Origin: Octopus bimaculoides
Lineage: Eukaryota
NCBI RefSeq assembly: GCF_001194135.2
Contig: NC_068982.1
Coordinates: forward strand, 169,371,123-169,416,557
Direction: 5' to 3'
DNA: 45,435 nt
Position numbers and translations under genes: made by a program. Positions within the stretch are counted from its first letter, which is position 1, and each line of letters begins with the position of its first letter. Positions 36,513 through 45,435 of this stretch are shown one piece after another. The notes below the pieces were generated by a model. The model saw only the letters and a program-made list of their open reading frames with translations. It did no database searches and was not told the origin of the DNA.

Positions 36513-36809
36513 GCAGTGGCAGCACAGTAAAATTGAAAGGTATTCCATTATTTCTAGTGCTCAGTCCAGCTCCTCTTATTAGAAATGTTATCTGAATGCT
36601 GTTCTGTCTATAAAGTGAAGTGGGAGACATTTGTCTTATCTGCTTAATGTTACAATAAACCAGAATTGAACACCTTGAACACCAAGGTAGTGAAGCTCCT
36701 TTCAGGTCATTGTAATAATTTAACTTTGAATGAATGGACACAGGACAACAATAATCCAAAGCCAAACAAACAAGACAAAATGAAATGAGAAACAATGATT
36801 CAATGATAC

Positions 36810-36928
36810 CTTTGTATCAGTAATCTGAGGAGGCTTTCTGAAAAACCGCATATCAGCATCTTCTGAGCGTGCAAGACCAATGAAAGTTCGGTAGTCAGCT
36901 GCTTGCCGTATCTCTCGGTATTCATAGT
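36810..36928 (-). CDS. SERAC1: SERAC1 exon F (119 nt)
   Basis: tttctacag|AC TAT...ACA AAG|gtatca; encodes (D)YEYREIRQAADYRTFIGLARSEDADMRFFRKPPQITDTK, close to the recalled [30 protein letters not shown]. Confidence 0.93.
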
Positions 36929-38369
36929 CTGTAGAAAAAAAGATCATTTCTTTCATAGGGAAAACATGTCAGGCTTGTGGAAGTGAGGGAAAAAAAAACA
37001 GTATAAACAAGGGAAATTAAGGGACCCCAGGTTGTAATGGAAATAGGAAATATATATAGAATGAAAAAGAGGGTGTGGGTGGATATAGGAATGACAAATT
37101 AGTCAGGGGCAATATGAGAAAGGGTAAAGGTATAAGGAAGAAAGAGAGGGATAAGAAGATTGAATTTTGTGCTGGAAGAAAGAAGACATAAAAAAAATTT
37201 GAAAGGCTGCTAACCCTGATGATAAATTCTTTTGCTCATTCATCTCTATGAGCTCAATCAACTGAATCTAGAAGATATGCATAAAAACACCAAAGACCGA
37301 TAGCCAACTTTTGATAGAAATAGACAGAAGTAATCCAAGGAGGTCACATAATGTATTAGTATTCAAAGACAACATCAATTTCCTTTCTTATGTGTGCAAT
37401 TGTCAGAGAACCAAATACATAAAGTGATACCACAAACCAAAAGTGGATTGTATGAAAGCTTGGCTGATTGAAATGCCAAGCAACAAGTTCAGGAAGATCC
37501 TCATTATAATTTTGGAAATTGAGCAGTTGCTTGAAATGTTCATCCAAAGTGAAGGAAAAATCAAACTGAGTGATTGTACTCATGCTATTCTCAAGGGTCT
37601 ATATGGTGCCATAAATGAAATATAAGACTAACGATATATAGTTTGTAGCTGATTGTTTACAAACAGGTATTTTGTGGTGTGCCTACAAATATGTATTTTG
37701 TGGTGTACGAGTATACCAGGATTGTTTCTGTCATTGTTAACCTCCAGGTCAGTTCTGATTGAGAAAAAACTACAATCAAACACAACCAAGCTATGTCCAT
37801 CCACCTTTTTTTTCTTATCAGGCATAGTATATCTAGAACTACATTAGCCAATAGATCCATCCTTTCCTTTTTAAGATTATAGTGTGTGATCAGAGGAAGA
37901 TTTTGTAGTTATTTCTAGCATGTCATGTAATGCATAAGTTTTCCAGATTGGCTCAAAATATAGAAATTTAAAGGTAGGGGTAAATCATATGTGAGAAACA
38001 ACTATAAAAATTGTCCCCATTGTAAATAGAGTAGTATAGATAAGACAAACAGAAAAAATCTACAAGTAAAACACCAGATATCACACATCTACACAGCTAC
38101 AAAATATAATGTTATTAAAGACTGTTGCACATTCTCATTTACGCTGAATGCAAGAAACACAATTAACTCCCTCCCCAAGATTAATGTATGCATCTGAGAC
38201 ACATAAAGATGCATTTGGTGTTACATTTTCAAATGCATTTGGAGAAAAATGGAATAAGATTAACAATCATAAATGGACACCAAATTGTTTTAAAGTATTA
38301 AAAGGGAACAAAAATTGAAACAAGGAAAAACAACAAATCAACAAAAAAATGAAACAAACAAATAACTGC

Positions 38370-38495
38370 CTTCCCAAGTCTTTTGAACAAGTCTCTTGAC
38401 TCCAACAATTCGAGCAAGGCGACTCTCTGATTGTGCCAGTTTCAGAAGATTCCAGTGGTCATTGCTCTGCGACATAAGCCAGGGTAGAATAGCAG
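38370..38495 (-). CDS. SERAC1: SERAC1 exon E (126 nt with GC donor, or 129 nt to 38367 with weak GT donor)
   Basis: tatccacag|CT GCT...TGG GAA G|gcagtt; encodes AILPWLMSQSNDHWNLLKLAQSESRLARIVGVKRLVQKTWE. Confidence 0.8.
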
Positions 38496-38760
38496 CTGTG
38501 GATAAATAGAAACAAGAACCAGATTATATTGTTTTGTTTAACCTTGAGACAGAGAGAGGGAGAGAGCATGAGAGAGCATGAAAGTATTTTGATTTGCAAT
38601 TAAAATGGTCGTGACTAAGTACTAGATCAATGTTTTAAGGTTCATTTTCAAATGCTGGTATGGGTCTGCTATACAGCATTATGCTACATACCAATCTTTT
38701 GCAATCTCAACATTTTCTACTTTTTAGAGATAGAAGGTAATACAAATAACCCTATAAATA

Positions 38761-38799
<39 letters not shown>

Positions 38800-39892
38800 A
38801 NNNNNNNNNNNNNNNNNNNNNNNNNNNNNNNNNNNNNNNNNNNNNNNNNNNNNNNNNNNNNNNNNNNNNNNNNNNNNNNNNNNNNNNNNNNNNNNNNNNN
38901 NNNNNNNNNNNNNNNNNNNNNNNNNNNNNNNNNNNNNNNNNNNNNNNNNNNNNNNNNNNNNNNNNNNNNNNNNNNNAGAGAGAGAGAGAGAGAAAGAGAG
39001 AGAGTCTAATGAGCTGTCCACAAGGCTGTGGCTTTCATGGATGTGAAACCATTGGTAACTATGACCAGAATTTTACTTTTTGTTTTAATATATATGCGTA
39101 TATGTATTTTCAGGCTGCTGGGATAAGGGAGGAAGTTATAAGATCTGCATTGAATACTTGCGGTAGAATGAACTAGGCTAAAGGCAGCAAAGGACCAAGT
39201 GGTGGTGTTAAATCAGCTGCTCAAGAACTCAGAACACCAAGAGCTGAAACAATTACAGCAAAGTATCATGTCCAATGCTCTAACAATGTCACCAAACTGA
39301 TCTACTGTTCACAGGTACTTTATCTACTCACTCCAAAAGAATGAAAGACAAAGTTGATGTTGGCAGGATTTGAACTTGGAGTGCAGAGAGACACAACAAA
39401 TGCCACATGGCATTTTTTTTGGCATATGTTGTAATGCCAGTTCACTGTCAGTGAGGTTGAGCATCCCTAGATCTTTCTATTCAAGTTTACTTCAGCGTTC
39501 AGATCATTATAGAGCAATACAGGATAAGGTAGTAACTTTTGTCAGAAACATCATAAACATCCTTTTTCATTAACCACATCTATTTTCTTTTTAAAGAAAA
39601 AAAAAAAAAGAAAAAAAGAAAAAGTCAATTCAAGATAGGTCAAACTGATATAACTCACTTGACCTGGCTTAGGTTATACTCCTAAATTTGGATAAGTTTA
39701 TACAATGTGGCAAGATGAAAATTCTTGTCCTCTTACAAACAGATTTGTGAACTTTGCTGAGTGAATTTTTGCTCACACAGACCACTACTGATTTCCTTGA
39801 AGTTCAGATTTTAATTTGTTAAAACTATCATAGGGATAAAACGTTTTAGTAGTAATTTTTGTTATTTGATTACATAAGGAAATTTCCCTTAC

Positions 39893-39943
39893 CTAGCTTA
39901 TCACTTCTTGGTTTTACTTTTACTGGGCCAGTGTTTAGGTCAG
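39893..39943 (-). CDS. SERAC1: SERAC1 exon D (51 nt, phase 1-1, weakly conserved)
   Basis: attctttttccag|CT GAC...CTA G|gtaagg; encodes an open DLNTGPVKVKPRSDKL. Called on splice signals and phase only. Confidence 0.6.
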
Positions 39944-40299
39944 CTGGAAAAAGAATATTTAAGAGATAGGTCATAATCAAACAGAATATATTTCCATAAA
40001 TGTTACTCATATATGCTGCCGTCATTTAACCCAAATTAATCTTGGTGAGAAAACCTCTGGTCAAAGATTGTTTTCTCATACATAGTGCATCAGCATTAGC
40101 ATTTTTACAAGACATGGAGCATCATTTGATAGAAATTTGACAGCTATTTTTAACAGGTCAAGTGACTACAAGAGGATCTATCGTTGAGTAGTACCATTTT
40201 CAAGAGGAGTGTCCTCTAATCAGCTTATCACCAAGAAGCAGTAGTTAAGAATCTGTAGCAGTGTAGTGATGGGTATTGAGCTACTTAATTATCATTTCC

Positions 40300-40524
40300 T
40301 GAACCTTTTAGCATTTAAACTGGCCATATCTGGCTCAAATATCCTACCTGTTTTATGTTCAAACTGGCCAGATTTGACCTCTTACACCTACCCTACAATG
40401 TCATTTTAGAAATAACAATCACATGATCGAAAGTGATACCAGAAAACAATACATGATTAATTCAAAATAATGTGAATAAATATGCATTACATTTGATGAA
40501 ATAATCTGAATGCTAAAGGCTTAA
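40300..40524. mobile_element. piggyBac-like MITE
   Basis: tgaaccttttagcattt ... gaatgctaaaggcttaa, a degenerate TIR with TTAA. Confidence 0.65.
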
Positions 40525-41706
40525 AGTGGAAAGATAGCAGAAATGCTAGAGCCTGTTTGAATTTACTATTTAGTCTTCTTGCTCTATATTCTGAATTCAA
40601 ACCACGTTGGGGGCCCTCTTTGCCTTTCATTACTATAAATCTATAAAGTAAGTATCTAGTCCATAAAATTCAAGTGTCTTTACCCTTGCACTAAGCAACT
40701 GAAACCAATGATATAGAAACATTGATGATGATGATGATGAAACATTGCCATAAAGAGCATGTTCAGATACTTGCATGCACTGTTACTGTTCATCTTCCTC
40801 TATGTATGTGAGCAATGAATAGATACAGGGAAATATGCTGGCACTGGAAATGAGATACTAACACAACATCTTAGGTATCTCATACTTCAGCCACATGAAA
40901 AATATGCAGGACTGTGAAACTAATTGGCATCATAGTGGCCTCTAGAAAAGCCTTCTCGCAACAGTAATGAAAAGAGAACTGAGATAATAAGGCCATGTAA
41001 AGACCATTCTTCAAAAATCTGTGGAAGGAGAAAGAAGGAAGGGTATACATAGGCAGAGATATATAGGCAAAAACCGGTGACTGGACATGCAAATCATGAG
41101 CTGAGAACTGAGCTTTGACACACAGGCAAGGCAGATAGAAAAGACTGTTGTATAATAAGTCACAACAGCAGCCCTAGGAGTTGAGGTTCTCTAGTGAACA
41201 ACCCTACTCTTAGAAATATATAGCTTCATACTCATGTAAAATGACACAATCCATTCATCTGACACCTACTGGCAAGCAGTAACTCTCTGCTGTACATATT
41301 TATAGATAGTGTCAGGATTAGAATGCAACTTCACATTTCATCATCCAAATATGAACTTTTGACCTTTCAGCTTGTGTCCTCTTGACTGAACCAGTAGAAA
41401 TTCTCCAGGTCTAAGAAATAAATCCTATATATTAAGTAAAATGTCCTGCTGATGATGTCATCTCTGTCCACTACATTACTGGGGCTTTTCGTGAATCCTG
41501 ATCTACAATGCAATGTTGAAGTGGACTGGTAGGATTTGAACTCAGTCATTAATCAACAAAATTAATAACTGCGCTGGGTGTGTTACCATCTGTGTCACCC
41601 TTACAGACCTGATGAGAATATCACAATATTGTCGGCAATGGCATTGGCGTCAGCAGCATCCTCCTCTTCATCATTGTTGTCGTCGTCCTCCTCTTTGTCA
41701 CTGTTG

Positions 41707-42135
41707 TCATAATCATCGTTTAACATCTGATTTNNNNNNNNNNGTTCCAATCTGATTTGGCAAGGTTTCTATGGCTGGATGCCCTTCCTAATGCCAACCA
41801 CTCCGAGAATGTAGAGGGTGTTTTTTACATGCCACCATCACCGGCCGTGACTATGGTCTCACTTGGCTTGACAGGTCAATGCAAGTACAGTATATTGCCA
41901 AGGGTCTTGGTCACCTGCCACTGCCTCCATGAGGCCCAATGCTCGAATGGTGCTTTTTACATGCCACCAGCACGGGCCACAGGTATGACTTCACTTGGTT
42001 TGACAGGTCTTCAAGCACAGCATATTGCCCAATGATTGAAGGGTGCTTTTAGCAGGTCAATTATGCGACACTGGCATCGGCCATGACTATGATCTCACTT
42101 GGTTTGACGTCACTGCCTCCATGAGGCCCAACACA
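41707..42135 (-). mobile_element. RTE 3' region with internal direct repeats
   Basis: Tail at 41707-41730, ggatgcccttcctaatgccaaccac core, and repeated ctcacttgg(c/t)ttgac modules. Confidence 0.75.
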
Positions 42136-42498
42136 CAAGGTTTAAAATTTTGGCACAAAGCCAATAATTTCATGTATTGGGAGTCAGTTGCATAGTTATA
42201 TATTTTATGATTTAAGTTTGCATGTTTGCAAAGTAACAAAGAATTGAAATTAAACAAAATTTCATACAATACACCTGAGAGGATGAATAAAGTTCATTGA
42301 TCAGTTAGTATTAGTCAAGTTCATACAACATCTTGCAAGAAACAAATTCTATAAATGTTTCCTCGATGCAGCATAGCAAGCAAGCTTGCTCGTCATTGAT
42401 TCAACAGCAGTTATATAAGTACTTAAAACAAGTCAGAAAAAGTAACCAATGATTAATGTGACCAAGTGAATAATGAGAGACATCCATGTTTTACTCAC

Positions 42499-42617
42499 CG
42501 ATACGAGAGAAACTTTGAGAAACTTTTGATTCAGATCTACGATCCATATTAGAGATGTTATTGAAGGAGGGCAGGTTTTCATCTAACATCTTAACTTCGA
42601 GGTAAACTGCTGACCCA
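42499..42617 (-). CDS. SERAC1: SERAC1 exon C (119 nt, phase 2-1)
   Basis: tctttctttcag|T GGG...ATC G|gtgagt; encodes GSAVYLEVKMLDENLPSFNNISNMDRRSESKVSQSFSRI. Confidence 0.78.
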
Positions 42618-43253
42618 CTGAAAGAAAGATTAACAAAACATACCAATGCTTAGAAACAGTTCATAACTTAAACAGTTTTTTTTTTTATACATTCAAAGAA
42701 AAAATATTTTGAAAAGACACATCAATGAAACAAATGAAGAAAATTAACTCGTTAGCATTCAGGTTATTCAGAACTGAGTTGATCTTTCGAGAGTATAACT
42801 AAAAAGATCAAGACAGATTTTCTGAAAATAATGAATTCTGGGTAATGGGACAAACCAACACCAACTTAGCCATTCTAAATAGTTGTTGGAAAAATGTAGC
42901 ATATGTATAAAAGAATGTTAACAACAACAGACAGGAATTTTTTTGAGACAAACTTTCTACAGCCCGATGTTCTCCCTGTTGCCAACCCTTACCAGTTTTT
43001 AACAATAGCAGTATTTCCCCATGACCAGACATGTCTCCAAAGATGGAAGACAAAAGACATCATTTGAATGACAGTGATATTCACTTACAACTATATAAAG
43101 GCAAGGACACATGCACACACACACATGACAACTTCTTTCAATTTCTGCCAACTAAATTGTCTCACAAGGTTTTGATCGGCCTGAGTTTATAACAGAAAAC
43201 AATTACCCACAAAAACAATTGTGAAAAATATATAATGTGGGAGGTGTACTTAC

Positions 43254-43281
43254 CACATCATAACTCCACCCAAGACAATTC
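43254..43281 (-). CDS. SERAC1: SERAC1 exon B, 28-nt microexon encoding most of the transmembrane segment
   Basis: ttttccttttgtatctttcag|GA ATT GTC TTG GGT GGA GTT ATG ATG TG|gtaagt; encodes (G)IVLGGVMM(C). Confidence 0.72.
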
Positions 43282-43635
43282 CTGAAAGATACAAAAGGAA
43301 AATTTTGTTAAATCATTATGAGCTGTAGGTGCAGTTAATGCAGACTTACTCAAAACTTGAACCATGTATTATATATTGCATTATTCCATTTTACCCACCA
43401 CTGTCACAATTACCATTCAAATCTTCAGGCATCATCATATCGTTTTTGTAATCCTTTTATTGTCAGCATTTTCATTAAGACTACTTAGGTTGCATAAGTC
43501 TGTTATACATCATCTCTCCATGCATCTCAATCATGCAAATCTCTCATCTGAAACTCAATGTTTTCAGGGCTCATTTCATTATCTACTAATTTTTACTTGG
43601 TCTAAAGAAAAGGGATAAGAAAAAAATTTACATAC

Positions 43636-43786
43636 CAATCTTTCTTAACCTGGAGCGTAGATTGCTTCGTCTGGCCCATTGTTGTAACCATTGAGACGAA
43701 TGCCGACGGGGGAGAATGAAACTGTTGCTCTTGTGCCATTTGCAAATTACTTGAGGATGGACAGCCGAAAAATGCTGAATCGGCAT
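43636..43786 (-). CDS. SERAC1: SERAC1 exon A, first coding exon seen (exon acceptor at 43812/43813)
   Basis: The ATG at 43786 gives MPIQHFSAVHPQVICKWHKSNSFILPRRHSSQWLQQWARRSNLRSRLRKI, then G|gtatgt. The frame is open back to the exon edge, so the true start could be upstream. Confidence 0.62.
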
Positions 43787-43915
43787 CGGGCATGCTAAGT
43801 GGTAACTTTTACTGGAAAAAACCCCAAAAGAAACACATATAATTATTATTTATTTCATTATAAATACGAAAATGAAATGACAAAGGAATAAAACGATTAT
43901 CTTTTGAACTTTATT

Positions 43916-43995
43916 AGCTTACAGCTGTTTTTGCTATAAGATGCAGTGGACTCATAGTTGTGTTCTGAATAACATTTTATAGCTTCATCAGGGTC
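43916..43995 (-). ncRNA. Decayed hammerhead-like motif
   Basis: CTGATGA-a-gctataa...ttatagc-a-AAAA-c(agct)g-TA. The conserved G12 is an A and stem I pairs poorly. Confidence 0.35.
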
Positions 43996-45409
43996 TCAAA
44001 TATGTATCACTATTTTACGATCGAGAGAATTATTAATATCTGGTGGAAGGAATGACAGAATCATAAGAATGTTGGACAAAAGAACCTTCGTGTTGAAGAA
44101 GTCTGATATATGTACATAGGTATATGTGTGCTTGTGTCTCCTTGTCTTGACATCACATGTCACAATCATTCAAATGATGTCCTTTGGTTCCAATCTTCAT
44201 AAGGAAATATCATATTCTTTGGAAACAGATGAAGAATGCAGGAAGGAAGGGCATCTAGCTGTAGAAAATCTATTTCAACAGATTCAATGTGACCTATACA
44301 AGCCTGGGAAAGTGAATGTAAAGATGATAATGATGATGATGATACATGGGCTATATGATGATGAAGTTTTCTTAGCAAACATAAGTATGGCTTTGATTCC
44401 ACAGTGAAGCACTTTCAGCAAATGTCTTTTAATACAGGGTTGGCTTCAGCAGTAACTTGTGAGTGGAAAATGTGAGGAGGTCTGTCATATAGAGCCATGA
44501 AGATCAGTACATATTTTCACTGTGTATGTGAAATATATATGAAATGTATGTATGTATGTTTTTATGTATGTGTGTGTGATTATATTTCAACCCCTCTCAA
44601 ACAGCAGTTGCTCTGAATATAAAAATTAATCCTAAAAAGGATAGAAAATGGTAAAGATAATGATTACACACACGTGCACACACACAAACACACACAGCCT
44701 TGGTGCTATAAATCGGAGGAACAGAACTCACTATCCAAGAATAATTATATTGTTTTAAAGCTACACAGGTGTCACAAGGTCTCAGTTTCATGCATGCATG
44801 TGTGTCAACCAAGAAATCATAATCATTTGTGTCCTGTCACTGACACTGCATTGTACCTAGGGCGAAGACAGTTAGAAATTAAAGGTTCAGACCTTTAACT
44901 ATAAATATCTATGATAGGTTCAGACCTGTTTGCTATAAATATCTATGATACATATGTGTATGCAGTGGTAGTACTGTAAAAGTGTTGAGTGTTTCTTTAC
45001 GTTTCAGGGCAGAATTCAGGTCTTGTCCTCCAGAAAGCTTTCAAACTGTACCATCGCTACCATCACAAGCAGCCAATTGTGAGTTGTCACATAGTGGGAA
45101 TTAATCTCAATACTGGAAACCGATTATTAGTTTTAAAGTGGAGGGAACCTTTATATGGTCACTTGATCTGTTAAAAATAACAACCCAGTCTTCCACGACT
45201 CACATCGTCATTATCTTAGAGAAGGACACGTATATAATGCAGTTCTGGATTCCTTTGCACATACCTGCTACAACATACCCCAGTTTGATTACCACTAGGA
45301 AATAATAGGTACACATCCTTGAAAAGAATATATATATATATATATATATATAGATACACATATATATATATATTTCCACCTTGTTGCACATTTCATGTGC
45401 TTACTCCGG

Positions 45410-45435
45410 TATCATCATCATCATCATCGTTTAAC
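45410..45435 (-). mobile_element. RTE (GAT)n tail at the window edge
   Basis: (cat)n-cgtttaac. Confidence 0.65.

Noticed and set aside
36802-36809. Donor GTATCATT as a U12-type intron
   Set aside because: It lacks the +6 C of RTATCCTT, and there is no TCCTTAAC-like branch site at the matching acceptor.
480-39176. Long ORFs containing X runs in the ORF track
   Set aside because: They are open only because Ns contain no stops, and their flanks are microsatellite translations.
41363-41410. Candidate extra exon ttcttag|ACCTGG...GAAAG|gtcaaa between exons C and D
   Set aside because: There is an in-frame TGA in the required phase 1 and the donor is weak.

Overview
This is AT-rich, microsatellite- and retroelement-dense eukaryotic DNA with nine N-gaps. 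The repeat families and draft-assembly style suggest an octopus/coleoid cephalopod (inference from recall, not a search). The one clear host gene is SERAC1 (PGAP1-like alpha/beta-hydrolase; motifs VFVHGLLG, WRQ, CWPK, GHSMGG) on the minus strand. I hand-spliced 15 coding exons from 43786 down to 18223, with consistent reading phases across all junctions that can be seen. One exon is truncated by a gap (20222-20882), and the terminal exon expected to carry the catalytic His was not found. The rest is SINEs, RTE/Tx1/R4-Dong/Penelope/mariner relics, hAT and piggyBac MITEs, a probable solo LTR and a satellite grown from an RTE 3' end. There are no prokaryotic systems, CRISPR arrays, rRNA or true tRNA genes. 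The most interesting observations are: (1) two ATGs 7 nt apart in different open frames, where a 28-nt microexon decides which one is in frame with the enzyme; (2) a minimal hammerhead-ribozyme fold with an A3:U8 swap of the C3:G8 core pair, plus a decayed hammerhead just upstream of the first coding exon; (3) a GC/GT tandem donor; (4) a perfect 23-bp intronic hairpin. All of these are hypotheses from manual reading.
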